Below, in pieces: positions 25,431 through 34,325 of a stretch of DNA of 36,675 nucleotides. Under the pieces are notes generated by a model. It was not told where the DNA came from and did not search any database. It saw only the letters and a list, made by a program, of their open reading frames with translations. Numbering within the stretch: position 1 is the stretch's first letter; each line of letters begins with the position of its first letter. The stretch is from a virus (Duplodnaviria; Caudoviricetes): the IMG/VR virus record IMGVR_UViG_3300017727_000050, positions 1 through 36,675 of that record; one strand, 5' to 3'. Both the position numbers and the translations under genes were made by a program.

Positions 25431-27044
25431 TCAATTTACTGCCAAGCCCTGAGCCAGCTTCTTATCAACATCGCGCAGAATATCTGTCTGGTCGCGAACG
25501 TCTTTTTTCTGCTCCTTTGCGATCCGGGCAGCTTCTCGCGCTGGGTTTGTATATCGGTTCGTTCCGAGTCCTCCCGTTTGCAATTTGCTACCCGCTCCGA
25601 TTGTTGCATACCTGCCCAAAGCTGCGGAAAGCCCGTCACGTGACGGTGCAAGAGTTTGAGGTGTTGCAAATCGAGACGGCCCCTCCGTAGCGTTTGCGAA
25701 AACTCTCCCGCCTGGAGATGCTGCAAGAGGAGGTGGTGGAGGTGTTTCGTTTTCCTTTTTTATCTCTTGGCTCTTTTGCTCCTGTAGCTTTTCCTTACCC
25801 TTCGCCATTATATCTGACATGGCTTTGTCCAAATCCTCTGCTGCTTTCTTAAAGCCAAACGGGTCGTCGTCTTTTGTCACCTTGTCCTTAAACGCTTTCT
25901 GCGCTGCCAGCATTTTTTCCTCAAGCGTCTTGGCTTGTTCTCCCATCGTCTTGCCCGTCGCGATTTGAATTTTCGCCATCGCCTGACCAATCTTCCCGGT
26001 TGCAAGGAAAAACATCACTTCCGCCGCATCCTTAGCGGCTTTCATTAACTGCTCGCCAAATTTACCTGTAATCTTCGCAGATACGTGATTGAACGCTACC
26101 TCAAAAAGAGAAGCGGAGAGTCGGATTGCCTCGACCATTTTATTCCCCAAAAAGGCAGCGACTACTTTTGCTGCGGAGAATAAAAGGTTTTTTGCGCCAT
26201 CTACATCCAAGCCTGCAAGAAACCTTTGCCCGATTCCTGCAAAATCCATTTTATTAAATGATTCCAACGCCGCCAAAATTTTTGGAGCTGCAACTTCCGC
26301 CAGTGCGAGAATGATGCCCTGAAATTTTACCGACGCCCTGTTGAGCAAGTCGGAAATGCGGTCGAACTTCTCTGCGTTCTTTCTCAATATTTCGGCAGAT
26401 GATCCCATCGTTACCGATGCCTTTTCAATGGCCCCGGCGTCTTGGAATAAAGCCATGAGATCACCTCCAGCTCTGCCAAACAATTCCATCGCAGTTGCGG
26501 CCTTCTGCGTTGGGTCTTGCATGTCGGCAATCGCATTTTGCACCATCTTGAATTGTTCAAGCGGTGATTTGTTTTTGATCTGGTCAAAGGTGATTCCAAG
26601 TCTTTCGAATGCTCTGGACTGCGTAGAAAGTCCGGCTCCAAAATCCGTAATCGACCTTTGCAGCTTGTTGATGACTGAGCCTATACTGTCGGCAGCAACT
26701 CCGTTATCCTCAAAAGCCTGTTGTAAGATGGCAAGTTGATCGACCGCCACTCCTGTCTGTGCCGATAGGTCTGATAGTCTGCCGCCCAGATCAAACGCAT
26801 CTTTTAACGCCCTGCCTAGCTTGTATGCACCAGCTATGGCCGCGCCGAATGTCAATGCTCCAGCGATAAGAGCAAAGTTCTTCATTCTAGCAGCCGCCTT
26901 TCCGATTGCTGCGCCGATCTTTCTAAACGCTGCGCTAGCTTTTTTTGCCGCTGTAGCGGTAGCTCGACCTACCTTTTTCATGCCCGAAACGAATGCGCTG
27001 TCGTCCAGGGAAATTTTAGATTTGAGATTAACGGTTCCGGCCAT
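25431..27044 (-). CDS. Tail tape measure protein
   Basis: Ala/Lys-rich helical protein; LSAQTGV...AMELFGRAGGDL; follows the chaperone genes. Confidence 0.85.
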   Translation of the reverse strand: MAGTVNLKSKISLDDSAFVSGMKKVGRATATAAKKASAAFRKIGAAIGKAAARMKNFALIAGALTFGAAIAGAYKLGRALKDAFDLGGRLSDLSAQTGVAVDQLAILQQAFEDNGVAADSIGSVINKLQRSITDFGAGLSTQSRAFERLGITFDQIKNKSPLEQFKMVQNAIADMQDPTQKAATAMELFGRAGGDLMALFQDAGAIEKASVTMGSSAEILRKNAEKFDRISDLLNRASVKFQGIILALAEVAAPKILAALESFNKMDFAGIGQRFLAGLDVDGAKNLLFSAAKVVAAFLGNKMVEAIRLSASLFEVAFNHVSAKITGKFGEQLMKAAKDAAEVMFFLATGKIGQAMAKIQIATGKTMGEQAKTLEEKMLAAQKAFKDKVTKDDDPFGFKKAAEDLDKAMSDIMAKGKEKLQEQKSQEIKKENETPPPPPLAASPGGRVFANATEGPSRFATPQTLAPSRDGLSAALGRYATIGAGSKLQTGGLGTNRYTNPAREAARIAKEQKKDVRDQTDILRDVDKKLAQGLAVN

Positions 27045-27086
27045 GTTGAGTAATATAGGTTAATTCTCTACGTAATCAAAAACGCC

Positions 27087-27314
27087 TCACGATGCGAACT
27101 CGTCGTAATAGTCGCCGAGTATAGACTCAGCCTCTCGTCGCAGGTTGCTTCCCCCTGCCGGTTTCATCCTGACGTTTTTGGCAATCAATCCCGCGCTACG
27201 TAGCTGCAATCCTTGAGCGACTGGCATATCCAAAATCTGCTCAACGGTCATAGAACCGTGAGTAGCTTCAGAAATGGTAGCTACATATTCGCAAACCGAG
27301 CCAATCACTTTCCC
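27087..27314 (-). CDS. Tail assembly chaperone, gpT-like frameshifted extension
   Basis: Open -1 frame GKVIGSVCEY...MTVEQILDMPVAQ begins at the slippery site. Confidence 0.7.
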   Translation of the reverse strand, partial: GKVIGSVCEYVATISEATHGSMTVEQILDMPVAQGLQLRSAGLIAKNVRMKPAGGSNLRREAESILGDYYDEFAS

Positions 27315-27817
27315 AAGCTGTCGTCGGCTGACTGCATTCCTGTCTCGTCGATCTCGGCAACACTGGCGATGATGTCTCCGATGATGTCTCCGAATGCCGC
27401 AATGAGCTCGCTGTGCTTCTCGTTTCCGACAAGAACGCCTGCCTTTTCGGCCCAATTCAACGCCTCGCCCATTACCTTTGCAGGAACACGTAAAGCTTTC
27501 TTGGCGAGTGAAACAGGATGAGCGCAGAGGTAGACGACTATGACGGCATCTTGAAAAATGCCGTTGTATGTCTCGCGTTCCTGAAATTCTTCTAGCGCCT
27601 CCTCGCCCATGTTGAAAAACTCCATGCCGAGCTTCTGCGCTGCGACCTGGCGATGCGTGTTGAAAGGCTGCAATTTTACATCTCGACCGTCTGGCCCTCC
27701 GAATGATATTTTTCTGACTCCATCAGATTTGAGAAAAGCCTCATCCTGTTCGTCGATTTTAATTTCCTCCGGTTCTTCCAGAATATCCAAGTTTAGATTT
27801 TGTTCTCCTAAGTCCAT
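27305..27817 (-). CDS. Tail assembly chaperone, gpG-like
   Basis: 170 aa, acidic, ends TTG GGA AAG TGA. Confidence 0.75.
   Translation of the reverse strand: MDLGEQNLNLDILEEPEEIKIDEQDEAFLKSDGVRKISFGGPDGRDVKLQPFNTHRQVAAQKLGMEFFNMGEEALEEFQERETYNGIFQDAVIVVYLCAHPVSLAKKALRVPAKVMGEALNWAEKAGVLVGNEKHSELIAAFGDIIGDIIASVAEIDETGMQSADDSLGK
27308..27314 (-). other. -1 programmed ribosomal frameshift site G GGA AAG
   Basis: Same heptamer as the lambda G/GT site, in the correct frame. Confidence 0.8.
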
Positions 27818-28494
27818 CGTTTAAGCATTTGTTCGAATTTTGGCCCTTGTGGTAACACAAGAGGAGGCAGGCCGTTCCCCCTTTTGATTTTCAAACTCTT
27901 TGGAACTTCCTTCCACAAATTGGATAGTTCCAGAAAATTGGAGCGGTATGCCCTGAGCCAGCTAACCATTGCCGGTTTCCAGTTCGCTGCGAGTGACTTT
28001 GCGAGCTTGGTCCTGCCGCTTTTATCATGCGCGTCCTCAAGCTTGCGAGCGAATGAGTCGAGATATGCAGATGCGTTGTCCTCGTCGGATGTGTGACTGG
28101 GTAGCTTGATCCTATTCAGAGAGAACAGGCGCATGTGAGCAAAAGCCGCCTTAATGTAAATCGAATCAAATTCTACGCATAGGGCAGCGAGTTCTTGCGC
28201 GTTGGCTGCTGACTTGATTCTTGCAGGCAACGCTTCCGCGTCATTTAATGCTTTTCCCGGGTCAATCCATACCTTTGCCAAATCAGACACTTCGATCGCG
28301 CCTTTTGAAAGCGGTAGGAAATATTTTACGTCGCCAGGTTTGTCCGGCTCGTATTTGTTTTCGTCAGAGTAGACATTTGAGACGCATGGCGTTTCCTCTA
28401 CTAGGTCAAAACCTACTGACACTGCTGCCGCAGCGAAGCCTATGCGGTCGTCCTTGTCGCCGCTAACTGCTCTGAATCCAATCCCTACATCCAT
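27808..28494 (-). CDS. Hypothetical protein
   Basis: 228-aa ORF between the tube and chaperone genes. Confidence 0.65.
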   Translation of the reverse strand: MDVGIGFRAVSGDKDDRIGFAAAAVSVGFDLVEETPCVSNVYSDENKYEPDKPGDVKYFLPLSKGAIEVSDLAKVWIDPGKALNDAEALPARIKSAANAQELAALCVEFDSIYIKAAFAHMRLFSLNRIKLPSHTSDEDNASAYLDSFARKLEDAHDKSGRTKLAKSLAANWKPAMVSWLRAYRSNFLELSNLWKEVPKSLKIKRGNGLPPLVLPQGPKFEQMLKRWT

Positions 28495-28525
28495 TTTTTA
28501 ATCCACTTGTGTCCCATCCTACCCT

Positions 28526-28909
28526 TTACACTGCTGTCACGCCATTGTAGCGAACGGCCTCGATAGATGCCGTCTGGAAGGCGTCGCGGCTCGCTGACAG
28601 CTCGATAGACTCCAAAAAGTAGTCGCCCGAAGTCGAATCGTATGCGTCGGTGCTGTTTGCAATAGTCAGAGCTGTTGCAAATGCAGCAGACATAATTGCA
28701 TCGAGTGAAGTAGTTACTTCGCCCTCAATGGATACGGTGCTTTGCGGATCGAAGTCTGTAGCGAATCCGGTAGTTCCTCCGAATCGGTCGAGAATAAGTG
28801 CTTTTTCGTTGCTGAAACTCTCGCTGAAACTAGAGATGTTGATTCCAGACTCCGCAGAGGTGATTCCTCTGACGTGTCCGCCTGCTTGAATGTAAGATGG
28901 TGTTGCCAT
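28526..28909 (-). CDS. Putative tail tube (major tail) protein
   Basis: 127 aa, Ser/Thr-rich, predicted beta; syntenic position. Confidence 0.65.
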   Translation of the reverse strand: MATPSYIQAGGHVRGITSAESGINISSFSESFSNEKALILDRFGGTTGFATDFDPQSTVSIEGEVTTSLDAIMSAAFATALTIANSTDAYDSTSGDYFLESIELSASRDAFQTASIEAVRYNGVTAV

Positions 28910-28923
28910 AATGTTTGTTTGTT

Positions 28924-29346
28924 TTATGCAGAGTCAGATATTTCCTGCGTCTGCGCGTAAATTGAAAAGTTGTAGCGATACTCTGTATCTAGTGCATCGC
29001 CGGTTTTAGATGATCCATCCACGTCTATAGCCTTGCCCTGTGGCACCACGAAGGAGCTGCTGGCTGCAACTCTGACCGCGTTGGAAAATTCGTAGCAGTT
29101 GTCAAAAATTGCCTCGAGCGTAGCAATATCGTCCTGCGAATGCTGCCCGTGCGCCATTATCTCCAGGGACAGGTTGAAAATGCCTGCGCCTGCCGGATCC
29201 TCCTCGTTCTGGCTGCACCTGACCGCGATGTAGGTCTTCCCTGCTCGCTCAATGTCGCCAAATTGAACGACTTGCGCGGCAGATAGTTGAGCCTCAATCA
29301 GTCCTACTATGACCGTTTCAACTCGTTTTGCTAGTGGGTCAGCCAT
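28924..29346 (-). CDS. Putative tail terminator/completion protein
   Basis: 140 aa, acidic; synteny. Confidence 0.55.
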   Translation of the reverse strand: MADPLAKRVETVIVGLIEAQLSAAQVVQFGDIERAGKTYIAVRCSQNEEDPAGAGIFNLSLEIMAHGQHSQDDIATLEAIFDNCYEFSNAVRVAASSSFVVPQGKAIDVDGSSKTGDALDTEYRYNFSIYAQTQEISDSA

Positions 29347-29654
29347 TACGGTTTTTCTATATTAAGACGGATTGCCACAGTCCCCTCCTGAGATAGTTCT
29401 GTGATTCTGTATTCTGCTCCACCTAGCAACAGAGTGCTTTCCGCGTCGATAGTTGGAAGGTCGTCAGCCAGAACTGTTATATTTGTTTCCCCGGTGAACT
29501 CCATCTCTCCTATGTCGCCAAACGACTGCGCCTCTGACAGTTCAAATGGAATGATCGCACGGATGCTTTCGCCCTCAATCGTGACGTATGCGCCAGAAAG
29601 CGAGTATGCCTCGTCGAACGCCAGTGTGTGGTCTGCTGTCAGGTTGTTTGCCAT
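29346..29654 (-). CDS. Putative head closure/head-tail joining protein (gpFII-like)
   Basis: 102 aa; GGAEYRIT...IRL ending; synteny. Confidence 0.6.
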   Translation of the reverse strand: MANNLTADHTLAFDEAYSLSGAYVTIEGESIRAIIPFELSEAQSFGDIGEMEFTGETNITVLADDLPTIDAESTLLLGGAEYRITELSQEGTVAIRLNIEKP

Positions 29655-29658
29655 GATG

Positions 29659-29690
29659 AAAAAAGGGCGGCGGATTACTCCGCCGCCCTT
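29659..29690 (-). terminator. Rho-independent terminator
   Basis: AAGGGCGGCGGA-loop-TCCGCCGCCCTT hairpin followed by a T-run on the minus strand. Confidence 0.7.
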
Positions 29691-29738
29691 GCGCGGATGG
29701 ATGGGACACTGAGCGGAATGATCCGCCCTGTGGAAAAA

Positions 29739-30032
29739 TTAGTCTTTGGGCTTGCTTGTTTTCTTTGTCTTTGGCTGCTGCGCTTGTGGTAGTGCCGCTG
29801 CCATTGAGTCGATTGCCATTTCCAGATTCTCCGCGTCGATTCCGGCAGCTTTCGCCGCTGCATCTCTGTCGGTTTCGGGCAATGATCTCCACACCTCTAC
29901 GTCTCGCTCGAGACTCGTAACCGTGTCAAATGCCAAGCCTGCTCCGGTCCTTAGTGCATGAAGCATCGAGTGATTTCGACCACTCTCTTTTGGCCCGGGG
30001 CAAGGTGCGATATATGACGGTCTAGCCCTCAT
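29739..30032 (-). CDS. Hypothetical protein
   Basis: 97 aa, overlaps the upstream small gene. Confidence 0.5.
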   Translation of the reverse strand: MRARPSYIAPCPGPKESGRNHSMLHALRTGAGLAFDTVTSLERDVEVWRSLPETDRDAAAKAAGIDAENLEMAIDSMAAALPQAQQPKTKKTSKPKD

Positions 30033-30219
30033 CGCTCTTTACCTTCTTGGCCTTGGCTGGTGCTGGCTTTTTGATCTTGTGGATCTCAGGGTCGTAAATC
30101 TTGCAGCCGCCCGACAGCAAGGCTGCCTGGTGTTGTGCGTTGTCTACATCAAGAACGGTCCCCTGTGGTTGAGGCTTGCCCTTGTAGTTTACGTTGGGTT
30201 TTGAAAAGTAAATTTTCAT
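30022..30219 (-). CDS. Small basic hypothetical protein downstream of the capsid gene
   Basis: 65 aa with a Lys/Pro/Ala-rich tail. Confidence 0.6.
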   Translation of the reverse strand: MKIYFSKPNVNYKGKPQPQGTVLDVDNAQHQAALLSGGCKIYDPEIHKIKKPAPAKAKKVKSDEG

Positions 30220-30236
30220 CTCATCAGCGGGATGTG

Positions 30237-30265
30237 ATAGCCCGGAGGAATTGCCTCCGGGCTAT
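30237..30265 (-). terminator. Hairpin downstream of the major capsid gene (terminator or mRNA stabiliser)
   Basis: ATAGCCCGGAGG-AATTG-CCTCCGGGCTAT perfect 12-bp stem; no strong U-tract. Confidence 0.55.
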
Positions 30266-30273
30266 CTGGTGAA

Positions 30274-32226
30274 TTATGCGTGAGTCGTTCCGTTGTCTCC
30301 GATAACGAAGGCGGAAGGCTGCTCGAGTGCTGCGTCAGCGAATGCGTTCGCGAACAGTTCAACCGTTCCCGAGTTCTTGCTGCTGTATGGATCAACAACG
30401 AGGTCGATTCCACCCCAAAGGCAAACGAGGAGATAGCTGAACTCTCCGAAGATTACCTTGTTGGCGGTAATGTCGGTGTGGTCGTAATACTCGTAACCAA
30501 GGGCGCGCTGAGTTCCGTTTGGATTCTCGTCGATGACGTAGTTGGCCTGGCCGGACTCTTTTGGAGTCGCCATCCAGTCAGCAGTGACGCCTGGCTCAGA
30601 GAGCCACTTGGCCGATGTAAGTGGAACTTTCGCGTCGCGGAGTCCCTTCCACTGGTCAATTACGTTCTGGTGAGCGGAGTTGCCGACCTGCCAAGTGTAG
30701 GCACTAGTTCCAGATGCCGAGAGAATGCCGGTTGGTTGATCTCCGCCTGATCCGGTGAATGCTCCCCGGTCAATAGCAATCGAGATGCCCTGTCCGAGCT
30801 TGGAGCGAATCCAGCCCTCAAAATCAACAGATGACTGCTGGAGAAGTTGCAGAGAAACGCTAGTTCCTGCACCGACTCGCTTTGGCGTCATTGTGAAGTT
30901 GGAGAATACTGCATCTGCGTTCGCAATCGTGTCGGTTTCTGCGTCCCATGCTCCCGTATATCCGCTTGTCGCGGTAGGGAAACTGAGGTTGCCGGTAGCA
31001 TCGCGAAAGATCGTTGCTCCGAGCTGTGGAAGAAGCGAGTAGTCCTCGAAATAGTCGACGACAGGCTGCAATTCCGTTGCTACTGTGTGGCCACCAGAAG
31101 TGGTTGTGCCGACTGTAGCAGCGTTCTTGACTCCGTGAGAAACTTCTCCGGGAATCAAAATGCCCTTTGGAGTGTCGCCGGATGCTGCGCGGAAACGCTG
31201 AGAAAGCTCGTCTTGAACTTCGCGCTCCAGGCCGGTCAATCCGCCGTTGATATGCTCGTTGACTGCTTTGAGGACAGAATAGCTCTGGACTTCTTTTTCG
31301 CCTACGTAGACAGACTCATTGGAGCCGCCTGCTGCAAATTTGCTTGGGTCGAAATTGTTCATCACCTCTGCGCGAAACTCGTCAGTAGCTTTGCCACTGT
31401 CGATTGCAGAGTTGATTTCCTTGTCGTCGACGTTGAAACGCTGCCCGATAGCGGAGATCTCTCCGATGCGGTGACGCTCCTCGTCGCGGATGTCCTTGAT
31501 ATTGATAGCCGGGGCTTCCGGCTTTGCTTCTTCGCTCATTTTGTGAGGTAGTTCTTTGTGGTTTGTTGGTTTTGTTTCGGGCTGTTCGGTTTCCCCGAAA
31601 ACCAACCCTTTTGGTAAATCTTTTGCAATGCTGTTCGCCCATGACTCCTTGAAAGCTGCGGCCTTGAAACTCTCCTCGACTCGATCTGCAAAACCGAGAT
31701 CGACAGCCTCGTTGCCATCCATAAAAGTCTCGCGATCCATCAAATCCTGGACCTGCTCGCGTGTTAGCCCGGTCCGCTCAACGTATACCGAAACAATGCT
31801 GTTTTGAATCTTCTCTAGCGTAGCTGCGGCATCTCCAAGTGCTTGCGAATCGCCAACGAGTCCCACATACGGATTGTGGATCATCAAATAACTATTCGAT
31901 GGCATCACAATTTCATCTGCCGCCATCAGAATCACTGACGCCATGCTGCCAGCAAATCCTTCTACCTTGGCGGATACGATGCCTTCGAAATTTTTAATAG
32001 CGTTGTAAATGGCCCAGCCTTCTAGCACGTCGCCGCCGGGAGAGTGTATAGAAAGATTGATTTCGTCTACTCCTTCCATCGCCTGCATTTCTGCGAGGAA
32101 GCTGCTGCCTGATACTCCAAATCCACCGATTTCGTCGTGAATAGAGATGTCGGCGACTGAACCTTCTTGAGAAAGGTTATACCATGTCTTTTTCTGCTGC
32201 GTTTTCACCTTAAAAAGAAAACACAT
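30274..32226 (-). CDS. ClpP-like (S14) prohead protease fused to HK97-fold major capsid protein
   Basis: IHSPGGDV, FAGSMASVI, LMIHNP, EAVDLGFAD; then GILIP, MTPKRVG, FGEFS, WGGIDLVVDPY; exact start uncertain. Confidence 0.92.
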   Translation of the reverse strand: MCFLFKVKTQQKKTWYNLSQEGSVADISIHDEIGGFGVSGSSFLAEMQAMEGVDEINLSIHSPGGDVLEGWAIYNAIKNFEGIVSAKVEGFAGSMASVILMAADEIVMPSNSYLMIHNPYVGLVGDSQALGDAAATLEKIQNSIVSVYVERTGLTREQVQDLMDRETFMDGNEAVDLGFADRVEESFKAAAFKESWANSIAKDLPKGLVFGETEQPETKPTNHKELPHKMSEEAKPEAPAINIKDIRDEERHRIGEISAIGQRFNVDDKEINSAIDSGKATDEFRAEVMNNFDPSKFAAGGSNESVYVGEKEVQSYSVLKAVNEHINGGLTGLEREVQDELSQRFRAASGDTPKGILIPGEVSHGVKNAATVGTTTSGGHTVATELQPVVDYFEDYSLLPQLGATIFRDATGNLSFPTATSGYTGAWDAETDTIANADAVFSNFTMTPKRVGAGTSVSLQLLQQSSVDFEGWIRSKLGQGISIAIDRGAFTGSGGDQPTGILSASGTSAYTWQVGNSAHQNVIDQWKGLRDAKVPLTSAKWLSEPGVTADWMATPKESGQANYVIDENPNGTQRALGYEYYDHTDITANKVIFGEFSYLLVCLWGGIDLVVDPYSSKNSGTVELFANAFADAALEQPSAFVIGDNGTTHA

Positions 32227-32243
32227 AAAAACGATAAGGCAAA

Positions 32244-33716
32244 TTAGCCTACTTCGTCGGGTGCTGGCTGGGCATCTGGAATGTCTAAAAACATATCTAT
32301 TTGCCTACTACCGGCAGATGCGGAATCAGCCTCGATTTCGTCAAATATCTCCTCGATGTCTTCGCCTTTGCTACGTGCGAGTCGCTGGTGAGAAGTAAGT
32401 CTGTTTTTGAGTCTGCGATCTTCAGCCCGGGCATCTTTGTCCGGGTCGATCCACTCCCAGCGTCTGCCTTGAAACTCAGGGTGTGCCAATCGGTCAAAAT
32501 CGGACATATCATAAGCCAATTCCCCGGACATAATTGCCATCTCGAGCCACTGTTCGAAAATTGGCGTTTTCACCTCGTCGATATACCACTTTTGAACCAA
32601 TTTCCACATATCCCGCTCGCTTAGAGTGCCTTGGCGAATTGAGCTGTAGTTTACGCCTTCCAAATCAGAACCAAGCTGCGGGTATGAGATTGTGAGTCCT
32701 GCAGCGACAGCTTGCAACATTGCTTTGCGGAATCCTGGCAGGTTTTGATTGGGGTGCGTTGGATCAAGTAGCTCCGGCCTGACGCCGGGCGGCAGATTTT
32801 CGAAACTGCCCGGGCTACCGTCCATTTTGATATTCCCGAAATTATCTTTCCCCTCGCCTTGGTATCCGCCAGCGGGAGAGTCAAAATCAGAGACGAAAAA
32901 TCCTAGTTTGCTGGCATGGGCGCGAGCCGCAATCAGTTCGGCCTCCTCGTAACCGTGAAGCATCCTCAGCCTAGTCAGGCAGTTACTCAGCCAAGGCAAT
33001 CCCTGAGATTGGGAAAACTCATGTTTGATAAATGCGTGAATCACCTCGCTTGCATCCAGAGTCTGTCGCGGTCCGTTGATTACTCTGCCATCCCACCTGT
33101 CGCCGGGGTGCTTGTCGAGAACGTGATACTTTGTGACTGCTCCAAATCCATCCTTTTCGACTGACATGAAAATGCGCCGGTCCTTGTCATACAGCTCCGG
33201 GTCGAGTCGCTCCATCGCGATTCCTTGCATGGCGAATCTGAATGGATTGCGATTGTAACCTTTTACCATCCTCGCCAAGCCTCCGCCGGTAACAAATACC
33301 GAGCGCATGAAGATGCAGTCAAACTCATGTTCGGTCACGTCGCCGGTGACGGTGTAGTTTTGCCTCTTGCAAAATTTTTTCCAGGCATCCTCTACCGCCT
33401 TACTCGCCGCCTTGTCGATTCCGCCGCGTTTGTTTTTGGCCCGAACCTTTAAGCGGAATCCACTGTGACCAACTACGTTTTGAACCGCTTGCGTCGTTGC
33501 GTTTGCAGCATATCCGTCATTCTGGCATAGTTGCTTCGACCGGGAGCGGAGTTTTACCAGGCTATTTTCCATCAGCGAATCAAGAGACGCATTGCGCGTT
33601 ACCCAATCGCTCGTAAAACGGCTGACAGATGCCCCTTCGAAAAATCTATTTTTCGGCTTTGTGATTTCAGACTTGCCGCGTAGGGCGTCCCATGCTGCTT
33701 TTATTTTGGAAGGCAT
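32244..33716 (-). CDS. Portal protein, lambda family
   Basis: LRSRSKQLCQNDGYA, QSQGLPWL, VNYSSIRQG, WIDPDKDA. Confidence 0.92.
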   Translation of the reverse strand: MPSKIKAAWDALRGKSEITKPKNRFFEGASVSRFTSDWVTRNASLDSLMENSLVKLRSRSKQLCQNDGYAANATTQAVQNVVGHSGFRLKVRAKNKRGGIDKAASKAVEDAWKKFCKRQNYTVTGDVTEHEFDCIFMRSVFVTGGGLARMVKGYNRNPFRFAMQGIAMERLDPELYDKDRRIFMSVEKDGFGAVTKYHVLDKHPGDRWDGRVINGPRQTLDASEVIHAFIKHEFSQSQGLPWLSNCLTRLRMLHGYEEAELIAARAHASKLGFFVSDFDSPAGGYQGEGKDNFGNIKMDGSPGSFENLPPGVRPELLDPTHPNQNLPGFRKAMLQAVAAGLTISYPQLGSDLEGVNYSSIRQGTLSERDMWKLVQKWYIDEVKTPIFEQWLEMAIMSGELAYDMSDFDRLAHPEFQGRRWEWIDPDKDARAEDRRLKNRLTSHQRLARSKGEDIEEIFDEIEADSASAGSRQIDMFLDIPDAQPAPDEVG

Positions 33717-33718
33717 CT

Positions 33719-34273
33719 CTAAAAGTGAATGTGAATTGTATTCCCGGTAGGCTCGTCTGGATTGCGACGCTGCAAATCTGCTTTAATTTCGTAAGCTAGT
33801 CTGCCTCTGTATTCTGAAAGTAGTTGCTGTGCGTCCAATAAAGAAATTTTGGAAATTGGAACACCTCCGATTGTGTGGCTTTCCAAGCCTTCTGGAAGCC
33901 TGCCCTCAATGTGAGATTCAAGCAGTCCGACCATTCTAGAGTTGAATGATTCTGACGGTGCTGCTGTCGGATTTGGTAGCAAGGTCAGAAAACCGCTTTC
34001 TTCGCTTTCCCTGCCCCAGGTGTAGGTAATGATTTTGGTAATAGCAAACTCGTCTGCTGCCAGAGACGCGGTATCTGCGCCCTCTATTTCAAACGTGAAA
34101 TGGTCAGAATCGTCGGTTCCCGCGACAGTGAAAGATATATCGCCATCATTTACCGATCTGAAAATCACGGAATACGCAGTAACGTCGTCGATGCTTTCTG
34201 GAGTGTCCCTCCACTGGTAAACATCTCCAGCAATTAGGCTTTTCGGCGGTTTTGAGTATATCTCGATTGCCAT
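33719..34273 (-). CDS. Head-tail adaptor (gpW-like C-terminus with N-terminal extension)
   Basis: Between terminase and portal; SHTIGGVPISKISL motif. Confidence 0.6.
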   Translation of the reverse strand: MAIEIYSKPPKSLIAGDVYQWRDTPESIDDVTAYSVIFRSVNDGDISFTVAGTDDSDHFTFEIEGADTASLAADEFAITKIITYTWGRESEESGFLTLLPNPTAAPSESFNSRMVGLLESHIEGRLPEGLESHTIGGVPISKISLLDAQQLLSEYRGRLAYEIKADLQRRNPDEPTGNTIHIHF

Positions 34274-34325
34274 GAGCTAACGGTAACACCTATGCCGATA
34301 TAGGCAAATTCGCCGCAATTGCCGC

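Noticed and set aside
30847-31551. 234-aa + strand ORF, and other long antisense ORFs in structural genes
   Set aside because: Antisense to the well-supported capsid/tail genes; explained by codon bias.
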